A stretch of DNA of 64,000 bases from an uncultured Chloroflexia bacterium (GCA_963712745.1 CAVQJC010000005.1:313488-377487); one strand, 5' to 3'. Shown: positions 10,523-20,382, counted from the stretch's first letter. Translations and numbers: made by a program. The notes: a model not told the origin generated them from the sequence alone.

Positions 10523-11218
10523 ATGTGCCTTCCAGCAGGTGGCCGTCCGGGTGAGGCTCAGCAGCAGCGAACGGAGAAAAGCGAACCCTTTCGCTCGCTG
10601 AACCGTCGAGTGGGCATGCAGGATCGTCATCGCACCTTGACTGCCCCGCAGACGATGTGGGCAAGGAGGGTGGCTCAGGAACGTGAAGCCTTGACTCACA
10701 AGCCCGATGCCGACGAGCGGGCACGCGTGTTCCGCGAGCTGGCGGAAGACTCACTTCGGGATGCGTACCGGCTCGCTGGGGCGATCCTCCGCGACCCGGT
10801 AGAAGCCGAGGACGCCACCCATGACGCCTTCGTCACTGGTTGGCAGAAGTGGTCGACGCTGCGGGACGTCACCAAGTTCGAGGCCTGGTTCAGGCGCATC
10901 GTCGTGAACGTCTGCCGGGAACGGCTTCGGAGTAGGAGACGTCGTCCCTCCGCTGGGCTCGACGAGTCTGCGAGCGTCTCGGCTCCGATGCCTGACCTCG
11001 ATGTCCACGACCATCTCCTGCTGGAGCAAGGCATGACTCGGCTCGACGTGGACGACCGCCTCATCCTGGGCCTGCGCTACTACCGCGACCTGACGGTGGA
11101 GGACGTGGCGCGTGCCCTGGACGTGCCCACCGGGACCGTCAAGTCTCGCCTGTCGCGTGCACGAGATCGCTTGCGGGCCGAGCTAGAGGCGTCCGCGCGA
11201 AACGGGGGTGCCAGATGA
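10523..11218 (+). CDS. ECF (sigma-70 group 4) sigma factor; true start probably ~10655-10691
   Basis: AEDATHDAF...FEAWFRRIVVNVCR region 2; LDVPTGTVKSRLSRAR region 4. Confidence 0.9.
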   Translation: MCLPAGGRPGEAQQQRTEKSEPFRSLNRRVGMQDRHRTLTAPQTMWARRVAQEREALTHKPDADERARVFRELAEDSLRDAYRLAGAILRDPVEAEDATHDAFVTGWQKWSTLRDVTKFEAWFRRIVVNVCRERLRSRRRRPSAGLDESASVSAPMPDLDVHDHLLLEQGMTRLDVDDRLILGLRYYRDLTVEDVARALDVPTGTVKSRLSRARDRLRAELEASARNGGAR

Positions 11219-13008
11219 TCAACGACAACCAGCTCGACGCTGCGCTCCAATCATTCCATCGCGATCCCGTGACACACGGCGATCTGGAGGGCGTGGTCCA
11301 TCGCATTCTCGCGACCCCCATCGAGGAGACGCCTCGGACGCGAGACCTCCTGCTGCAGTCCGCCACGTGGAGGCTCCAGTCCAAGTTCAGTGCGACCAAG
11401 TTCGTCGTCGCCGGTGCCATCGTGGCGCTGTTCGGAGGATTCCTGCTGGCAGGGATGCTGACCCAGCAGCCGAATGATGACCGACTTCCAGCCGTCGGCG
11501 CGTCAGCATCAGCGACGGCCGAGTCCTCGTCGATGGAGTCGCCGATCGACGAGCGATCCACCCTCCAGCCCGACTACGGGCCGTTCCTGCCCGCCGTCCT
11601 GCCCGAGGGCACCGACTGGGGCGGGTCCGGGAGCGGCGTCCCGAACGGCCAGTCGCGCTGGGTTCACATCGCGGGCAATCCCGAGACTCTCCCCTTCATG
11701 GAGCAGGTCCTGCCGGGCCCGGACGGTCCGCTCCTCTTCGACACAGGCGGTGGAGCCCACCCGTGCTCGACGGTCCCCGAGCGCATCCGCGCCTCGGACC
11801 CTGCCGGAGGCTACTGCCGAAACAGCCCTGACCTGTGGCGCTCGGCCGACGCGCTCACTTGGGAGCCCCTGACGCTCCCGGTGAAGGCGCAACTGGCCTC
11901 ACTGACGCTGCTCGACGCTACGTACTGGTTGGCGACCAACGATCCGACCGAGTTGTGGCGATCGAACGATGCCGAGCAGTGGGAGCCGGTCGACCTCTCT
12001 GCACTTGGGCCCACGGGTCCAGCGTCGCTCGAGTGGGAGGTGGAGCTGGGCATGCCCGTGACCTCGAACGGGCGGACCGTGGTACCGGTCGTCTACCGGG
12101 CCGTGGACGCTGGCCGACTCCTTGGCCTTCAGGAGGCCGACCTGCAGGGCAAGCGTGGAGGAGGCGGCCTCCAGTGGACCTGGCCCGAGCCGACCGAGAC
12201 TGCAGGCCGCTACGACGTCATGGCGGAGTATCAGGCCGGGGTCGAAGACGAGGGTGAGGTGCTGATCAGGGAGGACCCTTCAGGGCTGGTCTTCACACGG
12301 CTCGATGGTTCGTTCGTCGCAAGGCTCGACGGGGTCGACCTCGGCTTCGTGGAGACATGGTCCGCCAACCACCAGATCGCCGAACCCGGTATGGCCGTGG
12401 TAGACGAAGCGGCGGTCGTACCGGCGTCCGTGGCAGGGGTCATCCCCCCAGCGGGGCCGTGGAGGGCCGGGCCTCCCGCCGTTCTCGCCACTCTCGATGG
12501 ATTCCGTGCTCATCTGCTGGACGATCGCGACGGGACGATCGCGACGTGGCACTCGGGCGACGGCACGATGTGGACCCCAAGGGACGCCGTCAGCTTCGAC
12601 GGGCCGGTCGAGTTCCTGGGAGGCGATGGCGGCGTGCAGGGACCGCGACTCTTCGCCGGTGGGGAAGGGTTCGACACGCTGTGGTTCACGGAGGACGGCA
12701 TCACTTGGGAGCCCCGAGCCATACCTGGCATACACCTCCCGTGGGGCCCAGCCGACATCCTGTTCCGGAACGACCGCAACACGCTCGAGATCTCCGTCGC
12801 GGACACGACCGGCCAGATGGGAGAACCGGGTGAGTGGTACCCGCTGGTAATCCCTGGGCTGACGTGGGCTCCCGAGGCCGAAGAACCGGCCGGTTCTCGG
12901 GTCGCCACCCTCGGTGACACGATCTTCGTGTGGATCGGCTACCGCGATGGGCTCATCGACCGCCACCTGTGGGTCATCGAACGCTGGGAGCCGACCGATG
13001 ACGACTAG
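11215..13008 (+). CDS. Putative anti-sigma factor: short cytoplasmic N-terminus, one TM helix, large extracellular domain with Asp-box-like repeats
   Basis: Overlaps the ECF stop; TM FVVAGAIVALFGGFLLAGML; WRSADALTW, WRSNDAEQW, WHSGDGTMW, WFTEDGITW repeats. Confidence 0.65.
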   Translation: MINDNQLDAALQSFHRDPVTHGDLEGVVHRILATPIEETPRTRDLLLQSATWRLQSKFSATKFVVAGAIVALFGGFLLAGMLTQQPNDDRLPAVGASASATAESSSMESPIDERSTLQPDYGPFLPAVLPEGTDWGGSGSGVPNGQSRWVHIAGNPETLPFMEQVLPGPDGPLLFDTGGGAHPCSTVPERIRASDPAGGYCRNSPDLWRSADALTWEPLTLPVKAQLASLTLLDATYWLATNDPTELWRSNDAEQWEPVDLSALGPTGPASLEWEVELGMPVTSNGRTVVPVVYRAVDAGRLLGLQEADLQGKRGGGGLQWTWPEPTETAGRYDVMAEYQAGVEDEGEVLIREDPSGLVFTRLDGSFVARLDGVDLGFVETWSANHQIAEPGMAVVDEAAVVPASVAGVIPPAGPWRAGPPAVLATLDGFRAHLLDDRDGTIATWHSGDGTMWTPRDAVSFDGPVEFLGGDGGVQGPRLFAGGEGFDTLWFTEDGITWEPRAIPGIHLPWGPADILFRNDRNTLEISVADTTGQMGEPGEWYPLVIPGLTWAPEAEEPAGSRVATLGDTIFVWIGYRDGLIDRHLWVIERWEPTDDD

Positions 13009-13098
13009 TCGGACCAGCGGGTCCACCAGGACCAGCCGGCAATGGGCGCCAAGGCCAGGATCGAACGCGTCCACCAGTGGGGGGAGAGGGAGGTCCCC

Positions 13099-13677
13099 GT
13101 GAGGGGTACGAAGCCCAGTCTCGACGTCATCCTCGTCATCGGCTTGGTGGCAGGTTCAGCCGTGGGGGTCACGGCACAGGATGAAGCGGATGATGCGGTG
13201 GCCACAGAGGCGGAGGCGATGCTTCCGGCGATGGTGACCGGCACCATCAACCACCACTACGAAGCCGGCGAACAGACGGGTCGTGTCGAGACCAACGACC
13301 ATCGTCTGAACGGTGACGTAACGTCCGACGGGACCTTCGAGAACTTCCCGGACGTCATGCTCCCCGAGGAGCCGGACCTCGATGCCGACATGGCCAGCCA
13401 CTACGAGGCAGGTGGTGCCGAGCTTGCCTGGGGGTCCCTGCGGATCGCGAACGAGGATGGTTCGTGGGATGGCCACCTGGTCTGCACTCCGACACTGCAC
13501 ACGAACGGGTTCGAGGACCCGTGCTTCATCGAGCTCTCCGGGGCGGGTGCCTACGACGGACTCTCGGCTCTCCTGGTCCAGCGGGACAGGCTCTCAGCCC
13601 TCGGCTACGAGCCCCGCGATGAAACGTACGTGCTGGACGGGCTCGTCTTCCTGGGGGACCTGCCGCCCGATAGGTAG
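13099..13677 (+). CDS. Secreted hypothetical protein
   Basis: Signal peptide ILVIGLVAGSAVGVTAQ after a GGAGG RBS; acidic composition; LSGAGAYDGLSA motif. Confidence 0.6.
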   Translation: MRGTKPSLDVILVIGLVAGSAVGVTAQDEADDAVATEAEAMLPAMVTGTINHHYEAGEQTGRVETNDHRLNGDVTSDGTFENFPDVMLPEEPDLDADMASHYEAGGAELAWGSLRIANEDGSWDGHLVCTPTLHTNGFEDPCFIELSGAGAYDGLSALLVQRDRLSALGYEPRDETYVLDGLVFLGDLPPDR

Positions 13678-13811
13678 GCCACCGGCGTCACTCCGGTCCC
13701 CCGGCCCTTGGGCCGGGGGACCGCCTGATGGACGATCGGGGACGGGCCGCTGCGTCATCACCTCCGAGGCCGTAGCGGCCACAGTGAAGCTGGGTCGGGG
13801 CCCCGATCGTG

Positions 13812-13924
13812 TGACCGCCACGTTGACCGCCACGGCGGTGGTCTGTGGCAATCAACGGTGGACGTCAGTGGACGGTCGGCTTGTCGTTCATGCTCGTGAT
13901 GGACGGTCATGGACGTCCATGGAC
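13812..13924 (+). repeat. Upstream arm-like region: TGACCGCCAC x2 (12-nt period) and TGGAC x5
   Basis: TGACCGCCAC at 13812 and 13824; TGGAC at 13859, 13869, 13900, 13910 and 13920 (10-nt steps within each group). Confidence 0.7.
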
Positions 13925-13938
13925 CCTGCTCCTCGCGT

Positions 13939-13983
13939 TTCGTAGACAGCAGGTCCTCGGTTCAAATCCGAGTGTCGGCTCCA
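13939..13983 (+). repeat. tRNA-Thr 3'-half att-like repeat, copy 4
   Basis: 1 mismatch to consensus; GAAACGG-G-CCGTTTC palindrome downstream; TGACCCCT x2 at 14041 and 14053. Confidence 0.93.
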
Positions 13984-14073
13984 CTCCCCACGCGTGAAAC
14001 GGGCCGTTTCGGGCTGTCTGCCCGCCGAGACCGAGGCTCCTGACCCCTGCGCTGACCCCTACGGGCGCTGCCT

Positions 14074-14197
14074 GCTCGCGCCTGCGCCACCCGGCGAGGA
14101 GATGCTCCTGGACTGGCGTCGCCGACGCTCGCCGAGTGCGTCGAGGACGATGGCAGGTGTCGCTCACGACCCGACGGCTCGTGAGCGACTTGGGTTG
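14074..14197 (-). pseudogene. Decayed tyrosine recombinase (integrase) internal fragment
   Basis: With two frameshifts reads QPKSLTSRRVV/TPAIVLDALGERRRRQ/QEHLLAGWRRRE, resembling the catalytic-Lys 'PKT..SRR.V.LP..V...L..H...Q..E.L.AG..W' segment of phage/ICE integrases. Confidence 0.6.
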
Positions 14198-14385
14198 ACG
14201 ATTTCTTGGACGACTGCTGCTCAACGGGTTCTCGCACATACTGATTTCGGGATAATCGGCGACGTCGGCCACCGCGAGCGAAGCACCATCGATTTGAAGG
14301 GCTCGCCAGTCGCGTCGGACCCGGCAGCGGCCAACCAACCCATGATCTAGCGACCTCCAACGCTCGGTTCCGCGGTGCCCGCCCA

Positions 14386-14949
14386 TCACGAAGGCGGGCT
14401 CTCGGCCAAGTCGGGCGAAGGTTCCGGATAGATGAGTTCGGGCGCATCGCGCTGGGATGGCGCCTGGACGATCTCGACGAGGCAGCCGATGTCGTCGCCG
14501 TGCTCGTAGTAGGCGAACTTGCCGTCACGCGAACGACCGAAGCCATCGCCCGTCTGTACCGCGACCCACCCGTCGTCAGCCATGCCGGCGGCGGCTTCGT
14601 CGAAGTCGGGGACGTAGAAGTTGAAGTGATGGAGGGCGGCGCCCACATGGTCTAGGTACTCATGCCAGATGCTCGGGCCTTCCAGCGGCTGGATGATCTC
14701 CATGGTCAACGAGCCCGACATCGCCAAGCCATAGCGGATCTTGAACTGTGACGGCCGGCCCCGGTAGGTCACGCCCCGAAGGTGAGGGCCGCCGACCGTG
14801 TAGACACTCCATGGCCCGATACCCAACAGCTCCCAGTAGCCGCGGATCGATGCGTCCACGTCGGGTACGACCAGGGCGAGCTGGCCCACCGGAACCCCGA
14901 ACCGCGAGCCGCCTGGAAGCGGCGCGTGCAACCACTCGGTTCTCGACAC
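14386..14949 (-). CDS. VOC/glyoxalase family protein (methylmalonyl-CoA epimerase-like)
   Basis: QLALVVPDVD...LGIGPW...EIIQPLEGPSIWHEYL...LHH. Confidence 0.85.
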   Translation of the reverse strand: MSRTEWLHAPLPGGSRFGVPVGQLALVVPDVDASIRGYWELLGIGPWSVYTVGGPHLRGVTYRGRPSQFKIRYGLAMSGSLTMEIIQPLEGPSIWHEYLDHVGAALHHFNFYVPDFDEAAAGMADDGWVAVQTGDGFGRSRDGKFAYYEHGDDIGCLVEIVQAPSQRDAPELIYPEPSPDLAESPPS

Positions 14950-14990
14950 TCCTTGACACCCCTTTCCACCTGCGACACTATCTGCCGTAC

Positions 14991-15004
14991 TGTAACGTTG
15001 TTAC
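14991..15004. promoter_or_regulatory. Palindromic operator GTAAC-N3-GTTAC, copy A
   Basis: TGTAACGTTGTTAC in the divergent VOC/SDR intergenic region. Confidence 0.7.
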
Positions 15005-15039
15005 GGTGCACGATCCATCTCCATGAGTCGAGGTCACCA

Positions 15040-15795
15040 ATGCTCCAAGAGTTGTTCGGTCTCGACGGACGAGTCGCGGTAATCACCGGAGGTTCAGGAG
15101 CCATCGGCCAGGGCGCTGCCCGGGTCTTCCTCGAGTTGGGAGCGACGGTCATCCTCGCAGGCAGGACCGAAGAGCATCTGACGGCTGCAAGAGCGGCGCT
15201 CCCGGCCGGAGATCGCGTGATCACGCTGCTGGGCGATGCCCGCGACCCAGCCCATGTCGAGGAGCTGACTGACCTCGCGCGCTCGAACGGCGGCGTGGAC
15301 ATCCTCGTCAATAGCGTGGGCACGAATCGGCGCAAGCCCATCCTCGAGGCGACGCCAGAGGACCTGGAGTTCCTGTGGCAGGTGAACATGGCTAGCGTCT
15401 TCGCCGTCACGCAGGCTCTCGTCCCACAGATGGTCGAGAAGGCGTACGGCAAGATCATCAACATGTGCTCGATCGGATCGCTTGTGGGCCTCGAGTACAA
15501 GACCATGTACGCGATCACCAAGGGTGCTCTGGCGCAGCACACGCGGAGTGCCGGGCTTGAGCTCGCGCAGTACGGCATCCGGGTGAATGCGCTGGCGCCC
15601 GGGTATGTCGATACCCCGATGACACATGCCTGGATCCACTCCGAGCGCGAAGCCGAGTACCTGGCCAAGATCCCACTCGGGCAGTTCGCCCAGGTGTCCG
15701 ATCTCCTGGGCGCCTTCGCCTTCCTGGCCTCGCGAGCCTCCGACCACATCACCGGTCAGATCCTGGTGATTGACGGCGGCGAAACCATCTGGTGA
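15040..15795 (+). CDS. SDR oxidoreductase (gluconate 5-dehydrogenase/KduD-like)
   Basis: TGGSGAIG, YAITK, VNALAPG. Confidence 0.88.
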   Translation: MLQELFGLDGRVAVITGGSGAIGQGAARVFLELGATVILAGRTEEHLTAARAALPAGDRVITLLGDARDPAHVEELTDLARSNGGVDILVNSVGTNRRKPILEATPEDLEFLWQVNMASVFAVTQALVPQMVEKAYGKIINMCSIGSLVGLEYKTMYAITKGALAQHTRSAGLELAQYGIRVNALAPGYVDTPMTHAWIHSEREAEYLAKIPLGQFAQVSDLLGAFAFLASRASDHITGQILVIDGGETIW

Positions 15796-15912
15796 AGGGC
15801 GTGGCTGCACCCCGTCATGGCCTCGTTCGTCACACACTGCTGCACATCGGATGGTGGGTGAGCAAGATCCGATGACCGCCCACATCCCGGATGACCGCCT
15901 TGGGGGGACGCG

Positions 15913-16566
15913 ATGACACACACGAAACAGACCACGCTGACCTCCCTTACCGCATCAGGCGTGGTCGCCGTGGTTCGGGCCGATGCACCCACCGGCCTGA
16001 TCGCTCTGGCGGACGCGCTGCGCGCCGGAGGCGTGGTCCACACCGAGATCACGATGACGGTCCCAGGTGCCCTGGACGCCATCGAAGCGACGGTCCGCGA
16101 ACTTGGTGACGACGTCTTCATCGGGGCCGGCACCGTCCTCGATCAGACGACGGCGCGACTCGCCATCAGCGCCGGTGCCTCGTTCATCGTCGCACCCACC
16201 CTCGATCTCGATGTAATCGCCATGGCCCACCGCTACGGCGTGATGGTGATCCCGGGCTGCCTTACGCCTACGGAGATCATGCAGGCGTGGTCGGCCGGAG
16301 CCGACGTCCTGAAGCTCTTTCCCGGCCGAGTGGCGACGCCTGGCTACTTCTCGGATCTCCGCGGTCCATTCCCCCAGGTTCGACTGATGCCGACCGGCAA
16401 CGTGGACCTCCGAACCACGCCCGAGTACATCGCTGCCGGCGCCGTAGCCGTCGGCGTCGGCAAAGCATTGGTCAATCCGTCAGCATTCCGCGACGAGCAG
16501 TGGGCGGTCATCACCGAAAACGCTCGTCACTTCCGGGCGATCGTCGACGAGGCTCGGGAGGCGTGA
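15913..16566 (+). CDS. eda: KDPG/KHG aldolase
   Basis: VVAVVR, EIT, IGAGTVLD, PGCLTPTEI, KLFP, MPTGNV. Confidence 0.9.
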   Translation: MTHTKQTTLTSLTASGVVAVVRADAPTGLIALADALRAGGVVHTEITMTVPGALDAIEATVRELGDDVFIGAGTVLDQTTARLAISAGASFIVAPTLDLDVIAMAHRYGVMVIPGCLTPTEIMQAWSAGADVLKLFPGRVATPGYFSDLRGPFPQVRLMPTGNVDLRTTPEYIAAGAVAVGVGKALVNPSAFRDEQWAVITENARHFRAIVDEAREA

Positions 16567-16570
16567 CGAT

Positions 16571-17608
16571 ATGAGTGCCCGCGTGCACCGCGTCATCGCA
16601 TTCGGAGAGTTGATGATGCGGCTCGATCCTCCCCACCACGAGCGCATCGTGCAAGCGAGCGAGTTCGAGGTCCGATACACCGGTGGCGAAGCCAACGCGG
16701 CCGCACTCCTGGCCGCATTGGGCGTGGACTCCGCCTGTGTCTCCAAGGTCCCGGACAACGAGGTCGGCCAGGCGTGCGTCGACTACCTGCGGCGCTTCGG
16801 GATCGACACAACGTACATCGCCCGAGGAGGAGAACGACTCGGCCTGCTCTATGTCGAGACGGGTGCCGCTCAGCGCGCCTCGAAGGTCGTGTATGACCGC
16901 GATCACACTTCATTGCGCGGCGCCTCGGCCGATGACTTCGACTGGGACGCCATCCTTCACGGCGCTGACTGGCTCCATTTCTCGGGTACGGCACCAGCGT
17001 CGGGGGGGGCCGTCACGGACTTGCTCGAGGCTGGTCTCTCCCAGGCCAAGGACCGTGGCGTCCGTGTCAGCTGCGACCTCAACTACCGAAGCAAGCTGTG
17101 GAGCCCGGCCCAGGCCCGGGAGGCGATGACGCGCCTGATGCCCTACGTGGACGTCCTGATCGGCAATGAAGAGGACGCGACGATCGTCTTCGGGATCTAC
17201 GCGGAGGGAAGTGACGTGGCCGGCGGCGACCTCAAGGTCGAGTCATATCGCACGGTCGCCGAGCAGCTGATGCAGGCGTGGGACCTTGACGCGGTCGCGA
17301 CGACGCTGCGCACCAGCCTCTCCGCCTCGATCAACGATTGGGCAGGACTCCTCTTCGACGGAACGGAGCACCACCTGAGCCGCACGTACCGCATCGATCC
17401 CATCGTCGATCGAGTCGGCGGCGGTGATGCATTCTCTGGTGGGCTCATCTTCGGCATGCTCGAGGGCATGGACTCCCAGGCATGCGTCGAGTTCGCGGTG
17501 GCGGCATCGTGCCTGAAGCACTCGATCCCCGGTGATCTCGCCCTGCTCTCACGCGCTGAGATCGATGCACTCGTCGCCGGGGACGCTTCGGGACGGGTTC
17601 AACGTTGA
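16571..17608 (+). CDS. kdgK: 2-keto-3-deoxygluconate kinase (PfkB family)
   Basis: FGELMMRL, GGEAN, SCDLNYRSKLW, IVDRVGGGDAF, SCLKHSIPGD. Confidence 0.9.
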   Translation: MSARVHRVIAFGELMMRLDPPHHERIVQASEFEVRYTGGEANAAALLAALGVDSACVSKVPDNEVGQACVDYLRRFGIDTTYIARGGERLGLLYVETGAAQRASKVVYDRDHTSLRGASADDFDWDAILHGADWLHFSGTAPASGGAVTDLLEAGLSQAKDRGVRVSCDLNYRSKLWSPAQAREAMTRLMPYVDVLIGNEEDATIVFGIYAEGSDVAGGDLKVESYRTVAEQLMQAWDLDAVATTLRTSLSASINDWAGLLFDGTEHHLSRTYRIDPIVDRVGGGDAFSGGLIFGMLEGMDSQACVEFAVAASCLKHSIPGDLALLSRAEIDALVAGDASGRVQR

Positions 17609-17669
17609 CGACGGCCTGTTCCACCACTCGATGGCAGGGCACGACCGCATGGCGGCCTTGTCATGCACC

Positions 17670-17683
17670 TGTAACGCTGTTAC
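17670..17683. promoter_or_regulatory. Palindromic operator GTAAC-N3-GTTAC, copy B
   Basis: TGTAACGCTGTTAC about 40 nt upstream of the epimerase gene. Confidence 0.7.
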
Positions 17684-17722
17684 CGTTGGAGTTGGCTGGG
17701 AAGGGATCGCGCGGGAGCTGAC

Positions 17723-18676
17723 ATGGCTACACTCCTTGGTCACACGCTCGGGACGCCTGGCCTGACGCCGCTCGCCGCCCTGGACCTGTTCGCCGGATCC
17801 GGACTCGACGGCGCCGAGCTGATCTGGCAAGACGGGTACCTCGGCGGCATCCCGGAGAGCGACGATGGGCGGATGGTGGCGCAGGTCAAAGAGCGCGCCG
17901 GCGAACTTGGCTTGCGCATCGGCTGCCTGACACCGTACGTGACCCAACTGAACAGCCTTGACGAGACGATTCGCCAGCAGGAGATCGATCGCCTCGAGCG
18001 AGCCATCCTGACGGCCGAAGCGCTCGGGGCTCCGCGGATCCGCGTATACGGCGGAACGCTACTCGGCAACGAACCCGAGGCAGATGTCCCCCGCCTCTGG
18101 GGCCGGCTCGTGGTCTCGCTGCGCCGGTTGGGACCCATCGCCCTGGACCGTGGGGTCGTGCTCTGCATCGAGAACCACTTCGGCACGATGACGGTGTCAG
18201 CCGCGGACACGCTCGCTCTGGTCGAGGAGGTCGACTCGCCGGGCGTGGGCATCCTGTACGACCAAGCCAACCTCGCGTTCACACATCGAGAGCCCTACGA
18301 CGAAGCCATCCGCCTGCAGGCTCCCTGGATACGGCACGTCCACGTCAAGGATCTCGAGTTCATCCACCCCGACAGGACCCTCAAGACGAACCAGGTCGCC
18401 AGCATCGACAAGTCGGAGCGGATACACGCCTCACGCATGATCGGTGACGGCATCCTCGACTGGAAAGCCATCGTCGAAGCCTTGCGCGCGGTCGGCTACG
18501 ACGGCTCCTACTCGCTCGAATACGAGTACCGCTGGAACCCGGAGGACCTGCCAGCGCCGGAAGTCGGCTTCCCCGAAAGCGCCCGCCGCCTGCGGGCATG
18601 CTTCGAGGAGGCACCATCGGGGGCAACCGATGGAGTCAGCCCGGGGCCTGCGGTGCGCGCTTCACGGCCGAGGTAG
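17723..18676 (+). CDS. Sugar phosphate isomerase/epimerase (xylose isomerase-like TIM barrel)
   Basis: LCIENH, ILYDQAN, HVHVKD, YSLEYE metal ligands. Confidence 0.88.
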   Translation: MATLLGHTLGTPGLTPLAALDLFAGSGLDGAELIWQDGYLGGIPESDDGRMVAQVKERAGELGLRIGCLTPYVTQLNSLDETIRQQEIDRLERAILTAEALGAPRIRVYGGTLLGNEPEADVPRLWGRLVVSLRRLGPIALDRGVVLCIENHFGTMTVSAADTLALVEEVDSPGVGILYDQANLAFTHREPYDEAIRLQAPWIRHVHVKDLEFIHPDRTLKTNQVASIDKSERIHASRMIGDGILDWKAIVEALRAVGYDGSYSLEYEYRWNPEDLPAPEVGFPESARRLRACFEEAPSGATDGVSPGPAVRASRPR

Positions 18677-18682
18677 CCCGAG

Positions 18683-19570
18683 GTGGCGACGAACTTCACG
18701 CACGATACCCAACCAGACTCGATGGTGGCGGATGCCGATGCGCCAATCCCGGATGGGCGGGTCGGAAGCACAAGCATCGGCCGCACGATGAGAACACTGG
18801 AGCTCCTCGCGGGCGAACCTCGCGGCCTCCGTGTCACGGACCTCGCAAACGCGCTCGAGGTGAACCGGGCCATCCCCCATCGCATCCTGTCGGATCTCAC
18901 GGAGCTCGGCTACGTCATCCAGGACCCTCGCACCGAACGGTATAGAGTGACGTTCAAGGTGGGCAGTCTAGGCCTCCGTCAGCTCGAGACCGCCGGCATC
19001 ATCCGCTGGGCCCAGGATGAACTCGACAAGCTTGCCGCGAAGACACGCGAGCTTGTCCGTCTCGCCGTCGTTTCGGAGAACACCCTGAGGTGGGTGGCGA
19101 AAGCACAAGGTTCCGCATCCGCCCTGACACTCGATGGAGTCTCCGGGGCAGAGGTAGTGCTGCACGCCACCGCGAGCGGGAAGGCCTGGCTCTCGACATT
19201 GCCGCACGATGAGGCAGCGGCGTACCTGACCGAGCGTGGATTGGCCGCCCAGACCGTGCGGACGGAGACGGACCTCTCGCAGGTGCTGCACGATGTCGCG
19301 CTTGCACGGACGCGCGGATACGCCTTCGTGGAAGAGGAGATGGAAGTCGGCGTGTGCGCCATCGCCGTTCCGATCGTGCCTCCTGAGAGTGCGGATGGCC
19401 GATCCGTCGCGACCGTCAGCATCGCGGGTCCGGTCGCTCGCTTGAGCCATGACCGGCTCGTCGGCTTCGCCCCTGCCCTGATCGCCGTAGCCCGGCAGCT
19501 CGGTGCACAGTGGCATACCTACGAGTACATGGCCGCACTATCCGAACCCATCACCTTGATGCAGCGGTGA
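18683..19570 (+). CDS. IclR family transcriptional regulator
   Basis: N-terminal HTH; LHATASGKA and RGYAFVEEEMEVGVCAIAVP motifs. Confidence 0.92.
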   Translation: MATNFTHDTQPDSMVADADAPIPDGRVGSTSIGRTMRTLELLAGEPRGLRVTDLANALEVNRAIPHRILSDLTELGYVIQDPRTERYRVTFKVGSLGLRQLETAGIIRWAQDELDKLAAKTRELVRLAVVSENTLRWVAKAQGSASALTLDGVSGAEVVLHATASGKAWLSTLPHDEAAAYLTERGLAAQTVRTETDLSQVLHDVALARTRGYAFVEEEMEVGVCAIAVPIVPPESADGRSVATVSIAGPVARLSHDRLVGFAPALIAVARQLGAQWHTYEYMAALSEPITLMQR

Positions 19571-19575
19571 GCTCG

Positions 19576-20382
19576 ATGATCGATTGGGAGGAACGCCCAA
19601 GCGGCATCGGTATCATCACGCTGTCGCGCCCACCGGTCAACGCGTTCGACGCGGTATCAAAGCAGGCGTTATGCGGCTTGGTGCACGAGCTCGGGGGGCG
19701 CACAGACATCCGAAGCGTCGTCATCCGTAGCGGCCTGGCGCGGACCTTCTGTGCTGGCTCGGATCTCCGGGAGCTGGCGAGCGAGCACGACCAGATCGGC
19801 GTGGCCCTCGAACGGACGCGGTTCGAGTTCGATATGTGGCAGCGGCTCTCGAGCCTGCCGCAACCGACCATCGCCGCGATCGACGGACATGCTCTCGGGA
19901 GCGGACTGGAACTGGCGGTAGCATGCGATTTCCGCATCGCGGGCGCTGGGGCGACCCTCGGTCTGCCCGAGATCCGCATCGGTGGCGCACCCGGCATCCA
20001 GGTGCTGGCCCGCCTCCCGGTGCTCGTCGGGCTCAGCGTCGCCACCCGGATGCTCCTGACGGGTGACACCTTGACCGCAGATGAGGCTGCGGCGGCTGGC
20101 CTTGTCCACGAGGTCGCTCCAGCGGGGGCCGCGTTCGAGGTCGCCGAACGTCTCGCGCTGCGGCTCGCGGGGCAGCCTCGGAGTTCCGTGCGGTTCCTCA
20201 AGGCGTCGCTCTCCGCGGCCCTCGACGCCTCGATCGAGCGGGTCGGTGTCGTGGCCGACGATGGCGTCGAGAAGCTGTTCCAGGCGCCCGAGATGCGCGA
20301 GGGGATCGCGGCGTTCCTCGAGAAGCGACAACCTGATTTCACCCCGAAGGCCACGGACCGCGTGACGACGGAGGCGTCGTGA
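19576..20382 (+). CDS. Enoyl-CoA hydratase/isomerase family protein
   Basis: FCAGSDL, PTIAAIDGHALGSGLELAVACDFR, LPE. Confidence 0.9.
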   Translation: MIDWEERPSGIGIITLSRPPVNAFDAVSKQALCGLVHELGGRTDIRSVVIRSGLARTFCAGSDLRELASEHDQIGVALERTRFEFDMWQRLSSLPQPTIAAIDGHALGSGLELAVACDFRIAGAGATLGLPEIRIGGAPGIQVLARLPVLVGLSVATRMLLTGDTLTADEAAAAGLVHEVAPAGAAFEVAERLALRLAGQPRSSVRFLKASLSAALDASIERVGVVADDGVEKLFQAPEMREGIAAFLEKRQPDFTPKATDRVTTEAS

